DNA of 64,000 nt from a virus. Taxonomy: Duplodnaviria; Caudoviricetes. The DNA is taken from IMG/VR virus record IMGVR_UViG_2895791493_000001, positions 1-64,000 of that record; one strand, given 5' to 3'. The notes beneath the pieces are model-generated. The model was given only the letters and a program-made list of their open reading frames with translations. It did no database searches and was not told the DNA's origin. Position numbers and translations under genes: made by a program. Below, one piece after another: positions 20,543 to 29,922 of this stretch (positions within the stretch are counted from its first letter, which is position 1; every line of letters begins with the position of its first letter).

Positions 20543-21027
20543 GGCGTCATGGCCTCCGGGTCGGCGTGGATGCGTTCGAGGGCGCGGACGTGCAGGGGAG
20601 CGACCTGGAACTGGTAGTCGGGGGCGTACAGGGCGTCGTGGATCAGGTAGAGCCGGGTGGGTTCCGGGTCCGGGTCCGTTTCGGCGCGCGTGAAGTGCCC
20701 GCCGCGCCAGGCGTAGACGGGACCGCGTTCGCTGCGGCGGTCGCCGGTCACGGAGACGCTGAACCGGGCCGCGTGGGTCAGGGCGTGCCAGGAGTGGCGG
20801 TGCAGGTCCCGCACGAGCTGCAGGTCGGCCAGGGCGCGCGCCTCGGTCATGGTGGGGGGAAGCGGTCCGATGGTGTCGAGGGCGTGCTGCATGCGCAGGG
20901 CGTGCCGGATCATGGCGGGCAGTCCGCGCGGGCTGCCGGCGATCATGGTGATGACATCCTCGGTCAGCATGGCCTGGACGCGCTGCGTGCGCCCTTCCGG
21001 TCCGACGGGGCGGCCGGGCCCGGTCAC
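20539..21027 (-). CDS. hypothetical protein
   Basis: GTGA-coupled to the GNAT-like gene, ATGA-coupled to the IbrB-like gene. Confidence 0.55.
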   Translation of the reverse strand: MTGPGRPVGPEGRTQRVQAMLTEDVITMIAGSPRGLPAMIRHALRMQHALDTIGPLPPTMTEARALADLQLVRDLHRHSWHALTHAARFSVSVTGDRRSERGPVYAWRGGHFTRAETDPDPEPTRLYLIHDALYAPDYQFQVAPLHVRALERIHADPEAMTP

Positions 21028-21422
21028 AGGGCCTTCTCCAGGGCGATGAACCCGCCGCGCAGGGCGCCGCTTTCGAAGCCCAGGTCGCGGTAGAAGTCGG
21101 CGTTCTCCAGCTTGGCCAGGATCTTCACGCGGCTCAGGCGCTGGCCCTTGGCATCGTCGAGCGCCGCCTGCACGGCGAGGCGCTTGGCGTCCACGTTGCC
21201 GCCCTGGGCGTACACGGCGACGAACTCTGCCCCGCCGTTCTTCTGGGGCTTGATGCCCGCGAACGCGACGGTCTGCCCGGCGTCCTGCACGGCTGTCCAG
21301 CGGTAGGTGGGCTCGCTGGTCATGGCGCTGCCGGTCGCCTGCCGGACCTCGGCAGACACGAAGAACGGCCCGAAGGTGGGGTAGAAGCCGGGGTCGGTCT
21401 GGCTGAGCGTCTCGGTTCGCAT
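21024..21422 (-). CDS. GNAT-fold acetyltransferase-like protein
   Basis: C-terminal NADFYRDLGF motif; SD GGAGG and its own AT-rich promoter. Confidence 0.6.
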   Translation of the reverse strand: MRTETLSQTDPGFYPTFGPFFVSAEVRQATGSAMTSEPTYRWTAVQDAGQTVAFAGIKPQKNGGAEFVAVYAQGGNVDAKRLAVQAALDDAKGQRLSRVKILAKLENADFYRDLGFESGALRGGFIALEKAL

Positions 21423-21429
21423 GCCTCCA

Positions 21430-21453
21430 TTTAATTACATACAAAATTAAATA
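21430..21453. promoter_or_regulatory. inverted repeat ATTTAATT...AATTAAAT in the promoter of the 21422 gene
   Basis: Direct reading. Confidence 0.5.
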
Positions 21454-21495
21454 GCAAGCGGGGGACGGGTCGCCCGCCCCCACCCATCCCATCCG

Positions 21496-21687
21496 CTAGG
21501 AACTCAACCGCAGGACCTCCAGCACGAACGGCAGCACCCGGTCCACCAGCGCCAGGAACGTCATCGACCCCAGCGCCCCCTGCGCCAGAGCCAGGACCGC
21601 GTCCCCCTGCGCCGGCGACCCGCGCCCCGACCAGAAGAAGACCAGCACGAACATCAGAACACCCGCTGTTTCCATTGAAACCTCCAC
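21496..21687 (-). CDS. small membrane protein
   Basis: Two hydrophobic stretches. Confidence 0.4.
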   Translation of the reverse strand: MEVSMETAGVLMFVLVFFWSGRGSPAQGDAVLALAQGALGSMTFLALVDRVLPFVLEVLRLSS

Positions 21688-21869
21688 TCAGGGCAGCGTG
21701 CCCTGGTGGAGAAATGATCGTGCAGGCCGGGATTTTCGTTTTACCAGATCTGGTACGGCCCCCAGAGGCCCAGATCCGCCCGTCGCCATACCCCGAGGGC
21801 CACTTCCCATGGCATTCCGCGCCGATCTCATGCCGTCCGGGCACGCGCCCATGCCCGGACCACCACCCT

Positions 21870-22349
21870 TCAATGCACGCTGCGCTCCGGCAGGTCGTCC
21901 AGATCCAGCCGACCGGCCAGCACCACGCCGTCCGCCTCCATGACCGTGTACCCGCCCCGTTGCCCCGTCCCGACGAACCCCAGGCGCACCAGGCGCGGGA
22001 AGCTGTGTGCGTTCGCCATCACCCGCACCCGCCGCGCCTGCGCCAGCACCGCCAACCCCAGCCGCGCGTCCACCAGCGCCCCATGCACGCCCTGCCCCCG
22101 GAAGGCCGGCAGCACGAACGCATGGTCGAGCAGTGCCACACTCCCCTCCACCCGGACGCTCGCGACGCCCTGCACCTGCCCGCCATCCACCGCGACCGCC
22201 CAGCTGGTCCGGTCATCGTCCGTGAACGGCCCGCCCAGCTCCCGCTGCGCGGCGCGGGACGCGAAGACCGGCCCCGCCCACTCCCAGAACTCGGCGGGCC
22301 GGTGCCCGGGCAGGAACGTCAGGACTTCGAGGGTGTCAGAGATCGGCAT
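21870..22349 (-). CDS. GNAT family N-acetyltransferase
   Basis: AFVLPAFRGQGV motif A; RLGF. Confidence 0.85.
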   Translation of the reverse strand: MPISDTLEVLTFLPGHRPAEFWEWAGPVFASRAAQRELGGPFTDDDRTSWAVAVDGGQVQGVASVRVEGSVALLDHAFVLPAFRGQGVHGALVDARLGLAVLAQARRVRVMANAHSFPRLVRLGFVGTGQRGGYTVMEADGVVLAGRLDLDDLPERSVH

Positions 22350-23577
22350 ACTTTTCCTTTCGCGCGGCCGTCCTGGCCGCGTCTTTCTTCGTGACGCCGA
22401 AACTCAGTCTCTGGCACCAGTAGTCGTTCTTCAGGAGCGTGATGCACACGTTCCGCCAGCTGCCCGCCGTGCCCGCCCGCTCGTACCGCTCCTCGGACAC
22501 GTCGTTCAGGTCCTCCCAGCCCCGGTTGACCTTGAACCAGTCCAGGAACACGCCGATCTTCCCCTCGTAGTGCGCGCGCAGCTCGGGCGGCAGGCTGGCC
22601 AGGATCGCCTGCGCGTACGCCCGCCACGTCGGGTACGTCGGCGGCAGCACGAACTGCCCCCGTGCGGCCAGCAGCTCGCTGTCCCCACGCCGCGCCCCGA
22701 AGTTCGCGCCCTGCACGCGCGCCACCAGCCGCGCCCACGTCTGCGGCTCCAGCCGGCGGATCAGCGCCAGGTTCTTCCTGGCTTCCGGCCCGAACGGCTC
22801 GTCGATCCGCATCTCCGCGAGACTCAGGCCCGCGAGGTGCATCATCTCGTACACTCGGTTCACCGGAATGCCCGCGTCCCGGTGGTACCGCCAGACGTCC
22901 TCGACCTCCCAGTCGTAGATGGGGTAGAAGTTCCACAGCTCGTGCGCCGGGTCGCGCTTGAGGGGCTTGACCACGCGGGTACTCCAGGCGCGGCCGCCGT
23001 AGCTTTCGCGGTCCCGGCTGCTCTTCCGGACCGTGGCGTACCGGTGCAGGCTCTCAGCGGCCCGCAGGCCCACCAGGAACGCCGCGCGGCCCCCTGCGAC
23101 CTCCAGGCCGTACCAGCGGCTGAACGCCGGCAGGAACGACTCGAACGTCATGTCGGTCCGGTACCAGTCCCAGTGCGCCGGGTCCGACACGACCCCCGCC
23201 CCGGTCGGCAGGTCCCGCACCCACACGTCCCGCCGCGCCGGATCCCACGCCGTCCACAGCGGCTCGTACACACTGCTCGCGTTGTCGGTCGTCAGGGGCA
23301 GCGCCACCCAGATCGGGTTCACGCCCGGCCGGCCCAGCATGGCCTGCACGTGCGCGATGGTCCCGGCGTACTGCGCCTCCCAGTCGATGAACAGCACGTC
23401 CACGGTCCGGCCCCGGCTCACGGCTTCCAGGCGCGCGAGTTCCAGCAGCACCGTGCTGTCCTTCCCGCCGCTGAAACTCACGCACACCCGGTCGAACTCG
23501 TCGAACAGCCCCCGCACCCGCGCCCGCGCCGCGTCCAGCACGCTCAGGCCCAGCGGCGTCTTCTTCGCGGCCTTCAC
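22336..23577 (-). CDS. PAPS-reductase-like / DUF3440 protein (IbrA/YbdN-like)
   Basis: SFSGGKDS PP-loop, FIDWEAQY, GLRAAESLHR, YPIYDW, LKNDYWCQRLSF. Confidence 0.92.
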   Translation of the reverse strand: MKAAKKTPLGLSVLDAARARVRGLFDEFDRVCVSFSGGKDSTVLLELARLEAVSRGRTVDVLFIDWEAQYAGTIAHVQAMLGRPGVNPIWVALPLTTDNASSVYEPLWTAWDPARRDVWVRDLPTGAGVVSDPAHWDWYRTDMTFESFLPAFSRWYGLEVAGGRAAFLVGLRAAESLHRYATVRKSSRDRESYGGRAWSTRVVKPLKRDPAHELWNFYPIYDWEVEDVWRYHRDAGIPVNRVYEMMHLAGLSLAEMRIDEPFGPEARKNLALIRRLEPQTWARLVARVQGANFGARRGDSELLAARGQFVLPPTYPTWRAYAQAILASLPPELRAHYEGKIGVFLDWFKVNRGWEDLNDVSEERYERAGTAGSWRNVCITLLKNDYWCQRLSFGVTKKDAARTAARKEKYADL

Positions 23578-24986
23578 GCGACCCGCCGGACGAACAGATC
23601 CCCGAGGCGCGACCGGACGGCCTGCAGGTCATTCACGCGGCCCACCTCCCGCCGGAACTGCGCGCTCACGCTGCTCTTGCGGTCGTACGCCGCCGCGATG
23701 CGGTCCTCGATGCCGCAGACCGCCCGGACGTCCAGGTACGTCACGGCGCTCCGCTGCCCGATCCGGTGGTTGCGCAGCTCCGCCTGGTAGTTCTCGGTGT
23801 ACGAGAACCCCCGCTGGTAGAACGCCGCGTACCGCGCCTCGTTCAGCGTCAACGCCCGCCCACCGGTCCCAGGAGTGCCCAGCAGGAACCGCGGCCCCGC
23901 CGGATCCCGCCACGCCGCCAGCGCCGCGTCCCGCGCCCGGACGGTCATCTGCCCGTGATGCAGCGCGGCGCCACCCAGTTCGTCGAGGAGTCCCTGCACC
24001 TCGCGGAGGCTGTGGTGGAACTTCACCCAGACGATCACCTTCTCCCCGGCCGGCACGCGGCCCAGCGCGTACCGCAGCGCCTCCAGGCGGCGGTGCCGGA
24101 ACGTCAGGTGCTCCACCGCGCCCGTCTTCGAGTCGCGGCGGTTGTAGAACCCGCTCGCGATCTCCTGCAGCGCCGTGAACAGCCGGTAGATGTGCGCGCT
24201 GGTCAGCTCCTCGTCCGGCACGCCGTCCAGCAGGTCCCAGCGGGCCTGCCCGTACGCCTCGTCCTGCTCGCCCGTGAGGTCCAGGAACACCGGGTCCCAC
24301 AGTTGCGCCGGCAGGTCCAGGCACTCCTCCCGCGTCACCTGGTACGTGTACGGCCCGATCCGGCTGGCCAGGACGTCCTGATCCCGGATCCGCTCGATCT
24401 GCCCCTTGAACTTCTCGCTCCAGTCCACGTGGTCGAGGCTGAACGCCGTCCAGCTCCGGTACCCGAGGATGCGGGAGTCGAGGAAGCGCATCTGCGCGAA
24501 CAGGTTGTGCACCCCTTCCGGGACGGGCGTGCCGGTCAGGATCAGGCGGCCCCAGGCGGGCGCGGCGAGCATCGTGGCGCGCAGCGTGCGCCGGGCGTGC
24601 GGGGTGCGGAGCATGTCGCTCTCGTCCGCCACGACCAGCGTCGCGTCGTCGATCAGACCCGAGAGGGCCAGGGTCACGCGGTCGCTGCTGCTCAGGCTCT
24701 CCATGCCGACCACGTACCAGTACGCCTCCGGCACCCGCCCCGGACGGGTCCGGTCGCTGAACACGTGAATGTCCGCCGCCCCGAACGTCGTGTGCTTCAG
24801 GATCTCCTGCCGGATCGTCTCTTTCGCTGCGACCGGGCACAGCCAGACCACGCGCCGCACCCGGTGCTGCCGCCGGGCGGCCAGCTCGATCGCCGTGCGG
24901 GTCTTCCCGGTGCCGGGATCCTGGAACAGCGCCCCGACCCGCAGGCCCTGGAGTTTGTCCGCAGCGGCCCGCTGGTGCGCCATCAT
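23574..24986 (-). CDS. SNF2-family helicase
   Basis: PGTGKT, VADES, LTGTP, QAELRNHRIGQ. Confidence 0.9.
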   Translation of the reverse strand: MMAHQRAAADKLQGLRVGALFQDPGTGKTRTAIELAARRQHRVRRVVWLCPVAAKETIRQEILKHTTFGAADIHVFSDRTRPGRVPEAYWYVVGMESLSSSDRVTLALSGLIDDATLVVADESDMLRTPHARRTLRATMLAAPAWGRLILTGTPVPEGVHNLFAQMRFLDSRILGYRSWTAFSLDHVDWSEKFKGQIERIRDQDVLASRIGPYTYQVTREECLDLPAQLWDPVFLDLTGEQDEAYGQARWDLLDGVPDEELTSAHIYRLFTALQEIASGFYNRRDSKTGAVEHLTFRHRRLEALRYALGRVPAGEKVIVWVKFHHSLREVQGLLDELGGAALHHGQMTVRARDAALAAWRDPAGPRFLLGTPGTGGRALTLNEARYAAFYQRGFSYTENYQAELRNHRIGQRSAVTYLDVRAVCGIEDRIAAAYDRKSSVSAQFRREVGRVNDLQAVRSRLGDLFVRRVA

Positions 24987-24997
24987 CTTCCGATCTT

Positions 24998-25843
24998 CTA
25001 GTCTGCCAGGAGGTCATCGGGGACGCTCACCTCCCTGGGTTTCTTCGCGCGGGGCTTGCGCTTGGGCTGGAGGGGTTCCGGCACGTCCAGCACCAGCAGC
25101 TGGCGGCGCTCCGCCTCGGCGGCGGCCAGCAGCAGCGCGTCCGCCTCGGGCGTCGCCGCGAACGCGAACCGCTCCGCGAAATCCCGGACGTCCGCGTACC
25201 GGGCAGCGCTGATCACGGTGCCCTGCAGGGCCGTGTCCCAGTGGGCGCCGCGCAGGTGTTTGGTGGCCTCCCACACCTCGTCCCCGCCCTTCTCCCAGCG
25301 CAGCAGTACGTCCCCGGACTTCAGCGGCAGGATCCAGCGTTTCGTGGCGGGAATCCAGCGGCCCGTCACGATCAGGTCCGCGATGGTCGCGCTGCTGACC
25401 GACACGATGAACCCGGCGCGCAGCAGGTCCGCGCCGAGTTCCGCCACGCGGTGCTGCGCGGGGCCTTCCAGGACGTTCAGGGTGCGGGTCCAGCAGAACT
25501 CCCGCTCGTTCCACTCGAACCCGGCGGCGCGGACCACGGCGCGGAACGCTTCGTTCTTCTCGCGCAGGCGGGCGCGCAGGCCCCGGCCGTCCTGGGTGGG
25601 CCACACGCTGGCCACCTCGACGGTGACGGGGGAGGCGGGCCGCAGCACCGTGGCGCCCTCCGACACGGCCGCGTCATCGGACGTGACCGGCAGCAGCGCG
25701 TACCGGGGGCGGGCCCAGCCGATCAGGCGACCCAGTTCGTCCGGGCCGATCGCATCGATGAATGCCGCGAGGTCGGCGCTGACGATCATCTGCACGCGCT
25801 TCCTGACCCCTTCTTTTCTCGGTCGCCCTCTCTTCTTCATCAT
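24998..25843 (-). CDS. helicase-associated protein with N-terminal RHH-like DNA-binding segment
   Basis: KKRGRPRK...VQMIVSADL; leaderless TATAGT-7nt-ATG. Confidence 0.65.
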   Translation of the reverse strand: MMKKRGRPRKEGVRKRVQMIVSADLAAFIDAIGPDELGRLIGWARPRYALLPVTSDDAAVSEGATVLRPASPVTVEVASVWPTQDGRGLRARLREKNEAFRAVVRAAGFEWNEREFCWTRTLNVLEGPAQHRVAELGADLLRAGFIVSVSSATIADLIVTGRWIPATKRWILPLKSGDVLLRWEKGGDEVWEATKHLRGAHWDTALQGTVISAARYADVRDFAERFAFAATPEADALLLAAAEAERRQLLVLDVPEPLQPKRKPRAKKPREVSVPDDLLAD

Positions 25844-25883
25844 TTGTGCCACTATATTACGCCACTTGAGCATTTTATGCCAC
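25843..25883 (-). promoter_or_regulatory. three direct repeats GTGGC(A/G)(T/C)AA overlapping the promoter
   Basis: Copies at 25843-52, 25856-65 and 25874-83. Confidence 0.55.
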
Positions 25884-25901
25884 CAAAATAAGAGGAAAAC
25901 A

Positions 25902-25926
25902 GGCGGACCCCGCCCGGAGGTCCGCC
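25902..25926 (-). terminator. intrinsic terminator
   Basis: GGCGGACC...GGTCCGCC hairpin followed by TGTTTT on the - strand. Confidence 0.6.
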
Positions 25927-25935
25927 CACACGCAT

Positions 25936-26316
25936 TTATTCCCGGTTCAGTTCTTCCAGCAGCTCGGCGGCCTTCGCGCCGGCCTGTTCGAGTGCCTGCA
26001 CCATCACGCTGTTCACGCCTGCCCGGCCACCCGTGGCCCGTCCGAGCACCAGGCCCCGGTACGTTACCGTGACGCTCACCTGTCCGCGTGACACGCTGCC
26101 CCGACCGTCCTGCCGGACGATCCGCAGCGGGCTCGCGTCGCCGGTCGGCATCTCGCCGTCGTACGCCTCATCCGCGAGTTCACTGGCCGCGCCCACGACG
26201 TCCTCCAGTTGTAGCGCCGCTTCCACCAGCTGCTCGCCGGGTGTGCCGCCGCTGGCCAGGGTGGCCACGCGCCCACCCAGGGCCAGCTCAATCCGGCCAT
26301 CCAGGATGCGGATCAC
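25936..26316 (-). CDS. hypothetical protein (internal duplication of a ~60-aa unit)
   Basis: GTGA coupling. Confidence 0.6.
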   Translation of the reverse strand: MIRILDGRIELALGGRVATLASGGTPGEQLVEAALQLEDVVGAASELADEAYDGEMPTGDASPLRIVRQDGRGSVSRGQVSVTVTYRGLVLGRATGGRAGVNSVMVQALEQAGAKAAELLEELNRE

Positions 26317-26888
26317 CCGTCCACCGCCGGTCCAGGCAGCTCGATCTGCCAGCGCACCTGGCCCGCCCCGCTGATCTCCACGCCGCCGATCAGCCAGCAG
26401 GGCGCCCCGTTGCCCTGATCGCCGAGCGGCCGCACGCGGTAGTCGGCGGGCGCGTCACTCAGGTCGGCGTCCAGGTGCGCGGGCAGCCGGGCGTACAGCG
26501 GGCCGGCGTGCTGAAACCGGGCGCCCTCGCTGGGGCCGTTCCCGGTCTGGAGGAGGCCCTGCAGGGAGGTCAGGAGCGTGACGGCCTCCTCCAGATCCCC
26601 GAGCGGCCGGGCGGGGCGCTGGGCGGGCCGGGCGTAGGCGACGAGTGTCAGGCCGCGCGGCGTGGGGCGCAGGATCTCCACGGTGTCCCGCTGCCGGCGG
26701 GGGTCGTGCGGGTCGAACGCGGCGACCTGCTCGGGCGTCAGGACGGCGAGGGCCTGAACGTTCACGGGGCTGAACGGCTCGGTGCCGCTGAGTTCGGGCA
26801 GGTGGACGTACAGGTGGCCGGTCCCGGCGAGGGGCAGGGCGCGCAGCTGGAGGTTCGTGCCGAGGGGCGTGACGGTGGGCTGGTTCAT
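26313..26888 (-). CDS. hypothetical protein
   Basis: ATGA coupling. Confidence 0.6.
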   Translation of the reverse strand: MNQPTVTPLGTNLQLRALPLAGTGHLYVHLPELSGTEPFSPVNVQALAVLTPEQVAAFDPHDPRRQRDTVEILRPTPRGLTLVAYARPAQRPARPLGDLEEAVTLLTSLQGLLQTGNGPSEGARFQHAGPLYARLPAHLDADLSDAPADYRVRPLGDQGNGAPCWLIGGVEISGAGQVRWQIELPGPAVDG

Positions 26889-27208
26889 GGGGTCACCTCG
26901 CCCGCAGTGTCCGGAATCGACGCGTCTTTGAGTGACGCCTGTCCGGGGCGCAGGCTGGCGCACACGGCGCGGCCCAGGCCCAGTTCCTCGAACGCCACGC
27001 TGGTCAGGGTGATCGTGTCCGGGCTCCACGCGGTCGCTTCCATGCGGCGCATCACGTCGGCCGGGGTGACACCGTCCGGGACGCCGGTCACGTCGAGCAC
27101 CTGCGGGACGTTCCGGGCGCGGTTCATGGGGCGGGGCTGCCAGTTGCCGATCACGCACGGACGCCACTGGAAGGTCATCGGGCCGCGCTGCATGCGGACC
27201 GTGCTCAC
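26885..27208 (-). CDS. hypothetical protein
   Basis: GTGA coupling. Confidence 0.55.
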   Translation of the reverse strand: MSTVRMQRGPMTFQWRPCVIGNWQPRPMNRARNVPQVLDVTGVPDGVTPADVMRRMEATAWSPDTITLTSVAFEELGLGRAVCASLRPGQASLKDASIPDTAGEVTP

Positions 27209-27582
27209 GCGCGGCTCCCGGCGCGGCGGGTGAGATCGCGGGCGGCAGCCGTCAGGCCGTCGAGGTCGGGGGTGCGCACGTAGGCGCCAGTCTCCCGCCC
27301 GCGGTTGGGGTACCACCCGACGTACTCTGCGGGGCGGTCCAGGACGTCCTGCTCGGCCAGCAGGGACTCGCCACGCATCAGGCGCAGGCGGTAGCCGATG
27401 GGGGTGTCGTAGCGGTCCAGCAGGGCGGCGAACCGCAGCACTGGCTCGGTCAGGCCGGGCCGGGAGTTGCCGTGAATGACGGCAACGGCAGCGCCGGCCG
27501 TCAGGGCGCGGTAGGCGAGGGTGGGGGCGAGACGGACGAACTGACCGGTGGGCTGCTGGGCGGGGCGGGTGGTCTGGGGCAT
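27205..27582 (-). CDS. hypothetical protein
   Basis: SD AGGAG. Confidence 0.65.
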   Translation of the reverse strand: MPQTTRPAQQPTGQFVRLAPTLAYRALTAGAAVAVIHGNSRPGLTEPVLRFAALLDRYDTPIGYRLRLMRGESLLAEQDVLDRPAEYVGWYPNRGRETGAYVRTPDLDGLTAAARDLTRRAGSRA

Positions 27583-27634
27583 GGCGGGTCTCCTGTGGGG
27601 GCGGGTGGGGGCCGGGCGGCCCCCTGGGCGGGGT

Positions 27635-27805
27635 TCAGGAAGCGCGGGCGGTGGGGGCGTCGAGGCGGGCGCGGTGGAAGGCTTCGGCGCGGTCGAGTTC
27701 GGCGAGGAGCTTCTGGTAGTCGGCGTGAGCCTGGGCGCGGGCGGCGGCGATGGCGGTCAGGGCGGCGTGGGACTCGGCGGGCGTGGGGTTCAGGGGGGAG
27801 TTCAT
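27635..27805 (-). CDS. small helical protein
   Basis: SD GAGG before MNSPLNP. Confidence 0.55.
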   Translation of the reverse strand: MNSPLNPTPAESHAALTAIAAARAQAHADYQKLLAELDRAEAFHRARLDAPTARAS

Positions 27806-27855
27806 GTCGGACCTCGTGGGGGGTGGGTGGGGGCCGGTGTGGCCCCCGGTCGTGG

Positions 27856-28206
27856 TTACTGGTGGGTGAGTTTCAGCAGGGCCCATTCCTGGACGGTGAG
27901 GCCGTGGTCGGCGGCTTCCTGCTGGAGGCGGGTCCAGGCGTCGTGGGGGACGTGCAGGCTGAGCTGGTGGGGTTCCTGGCCGTGGGTGTGGACGCGGTTG
28001 CCGTTCTTGGCGCTGAGGCGGGCGCTGGTGAGGGCCTTCTGGGCGGCTTTGATCGGGTCGGCGTGCAGTCCGGCGGGGCGGTGGCGGTGGGTGTCGAGGA
28101 TGCTGGTGCGGCCGTGGGCGTCTTGGGTGGCCTCGTACCGGTTGGGGAAGAGGGCGTTGGCCTGGTCGAGCAGGTCCTGTGCTTCCGGGGGGAGCGTTGC
28201 CTTCAT
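27856..28206 (-). CDS. protein with C-terminal ribbon-helix-helix-like domain
   Basis: LSLHVPHDAWTRLQQEAADHGLTVQEW; leaderless promoter. Confidence 0.65.
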   Translation of the reverse strand: MKATLPPEAQDLLDQANALFPNRYEATQDAHGRTSILDTHRHRPAGLHADPIKAAQKALTSARLSAKNGNRVHTHGQEPHQLSLHVPHDAWTRLQQEAADHGLTVQEWALLKLTHQ

Positions 28207-28207
28207 G

Positions 28208-28241
28208 CCACTAGGATATATATCCTAGTGGAGCAAGTCAA
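28208..28241 (-). promoter_or_regulatory. sigma70 promoter TTGACT-17-TATCCT overlapped by a perfect 24-bp palindrome CCACTAGGATATATATCCTAGTGG
   Basis: Direct reading; palindrome at 28208-28231. Confidence 0.85.
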
Positions 28242-28267
28242 GAGGGGGCACACGGCCCCCCAACCGA

Positions 28268-29056
28268 TCAGAGCGTGTCGCCCTCGTCCTCGTCTGCCTG
28301 CGCGCTGTCCCAGCCGGTGTAGAACTCCGACAGGAAGGCGCGGCGCTCCGGCGTGACCGGCAGGCGCACACCGATCGCCCCGGCGCCGCCCGTGGCCACG
28401 TTGTTCGCACCCCAGAAGTCGCCGTCCATGCCGTTGTTCCGCAGGTGCCACACGACCTGGGCGCCCGGCTCGACGTGCAGCTCCTCGCCGCCACCGTAGA
28501 TGGTGAAGCCCGCACCGATCTTCAGGCGACGGCCCTCGATCAGGCGGTGGTGCCCGCCCGGAATCTCGCCGTCCGCCTGGGCTGCCTGGAACAGCTGGCG
28601 CAGGCCCTCGTCGTGGCGCCGCCGGCGCTCCAGGGCATGGAGGCTGGCTTCACGGCGGGCGATGAGGGGTGCGGCCTCCTCGGGCGTGGCGCGGCGGGCC
28701 AGGGCCGAGTACAGGTAGCCGTTGTCGTCACCCACGCCGAAGCTCAGGCCGTCCTGGCGGATGTAGCGGCGGCTGGCGCGGGTGATGACCAGCGCGTGGC
28801 CGGGATCGCGGGTCTGGGTTTCGGCGTTCCAGGGTTCGTGCCAGACGACCTCACCGATCCTCCAGCCGTCGCAGTCGTACCCGCTGCCGCCGGAGAGGCG
28901 GATGTCGCCGCCGGGGTTGGGGACGTCGGCGCGGTAGTAGCCGAATTCGTCGCGGGCGATGCGGGTGCCGGCAGGGTAGGGCTGGCCGGTGCGGGTGCAG
29001 ACGCCCTTGTACTGGGCCGTGATGACTTCACCGGGAACGGGCTGGGATCGGGTCAT
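28268..29056 (-). CDS. hypothetical protein
   Basis: SD AGGAGG; own promoter. Confidence 0.75.
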   Translation of the reverse strand: MTRSQPVPGEVITAQYKGVCTRTGQPYPAGTRIARDEFGYYRADVPNPGGDIRLSGGSGYDCDGWRIGEVVWHEPWNAETQTRDPGHALVITRASRRYIRQDGLSFGVGDDNGYLYSALARRATPEEAAPLIARREASLHALERRRRHDEGLRQLFQAAQADGEIPGGHHRLIEGRRLKIGAGFTIYGGGEELHVEPGAQVVWHLRNNGMDGDFWGANNVATGGAGAIGVRLPVTPERRAFLSEFYTGWDSAQADEDEGDTL

Positions 29057-29072
29057 GGGGTGGGCCTCCTAA

Positions 29073-29106
29073 CCAGTAGGATATATATCATTATGGAGAT
29101 ATTCAA
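29073..29106 (-). promoter_or_regulatory. promoter TTGAAT-17-TATCCT with a 20/24 copy of the operator
   Basis: CCAGTAGGATATATATCATTATGG at 29073-29096. Confidence 0.8.
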
Positions 29107-29127
29107 GCGGTTCTTCCCGCCTGCCGC

Positions 29128-29922
29128 TCATGCCTTCGGTTTCTCCGGGAACTGCCGGCGGTCCACCATGCCCAGGTCCTCGTCGTACCCCAGCAGGCGC
29201 ACTGGCACGTCCGGCCCGAATCCTGGATCGACGTACCACGCCTCCCCGTCCCGCTCCTCGAGGTGGGCTTCGCCCCGCCCGATCGCCTCGGCCACCACCT
29301 CGCGGATGCGCTCGTCAGCGATCAGGTCATGCAGCCCCAGGGTGTCCGCGATATCCGCCTGCGCTTCCCGCATGGACTCCGTGACGGGCACCGTGATGCC
29401 GGCCTGCTCGGTGATCCATGCGCGGCGCACCAGGGCCTGCGCCGTGAACCGCTGCTGGTACGCGGCGACGTCCGCGTCGTACGTGGCGCGGCGGAACGGC
29501 CGGGCTGCCTGACCTTCCAGGAGTTCGTGCAGCTGCGCCGTGAACTGCGGCGTGACGGTCGCGCTCCGAATGCCGCGCAGGATGCCGGTTTTCGCGTCCA
29601 CCAGCAGCCACTGGATCAGGGTGTGCCCGATCACGGGCAGGCCCCGTTCGTCGGCCGGCATCAGCCGCGCGTCGTACGGTGCGTCACTCCAGTCCATCAC
29701 GCCCGGCATCCTGGCCAGCAGGATCACGACGCTGCCGTGACTGGCCAGCCCCACCTCGAAGGGACGGGTGGTATCCCGGAACGCGGCAGCTTCCGCGTCC
29801 GTGACGCCGCCCAGCGCGACCATGACTTCCATCCGCTGGGCGCTCAGGCCGAACACGTGCAGGCCTTCAGGCCAGACCGAGACGTTCGGGTGGTAGCGCT
29901 GCCCGACTTCCAGCAGCGGCAT
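29128..29922 (-). CDS. hypothetical protein
   Basis: TGATG coupling to the upstream gene. Confidence 0.7.
   Translation of the reverse strand: MPLLEVGQRYHPNVSVWPEGLHVFGLSAQRMEVMVALGGVTDAEAAAFRDTTRPFEVGLASHGSVVILLARMPGVMDWSDAPYDARLMPADERGLPVIGHTLIQWLLVDAKTGILRGIRSATVTPQFTAQLHELLEGQAARPFRRATYDADVAAYQQRFTAQALVRRAWITEQAGITVPVTESMREAQADIADTLGLHDLIADERIREVVAEAIGRGEAHLEERDGEAWYVDPGFGPDVPVRLLGYDEDLGMVDRRQFPEKPKA

Noticed and set aside
21940-23790. Long antisense ORFs such as 21940..23790, 44760..46508 and 60696..62681
   Set aside because: Typical stop-poor shadow ORFs of high-GC coding strands, with no motifs
19883-24986. Canonical Dnd/Ssp phosphorothioation operon
   Set aside because: No DndA/IscS, DndD ATPase, DndE or Ssp partners; the motifs match the DUF3440/YbdN-YbdM type instead
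28208-28231. Palindrome as a protelomerase (telRL) site
   Set aside because: It overlaps a promoter, has degenerate copies at two other promoters, and no protelomerase gene is seen
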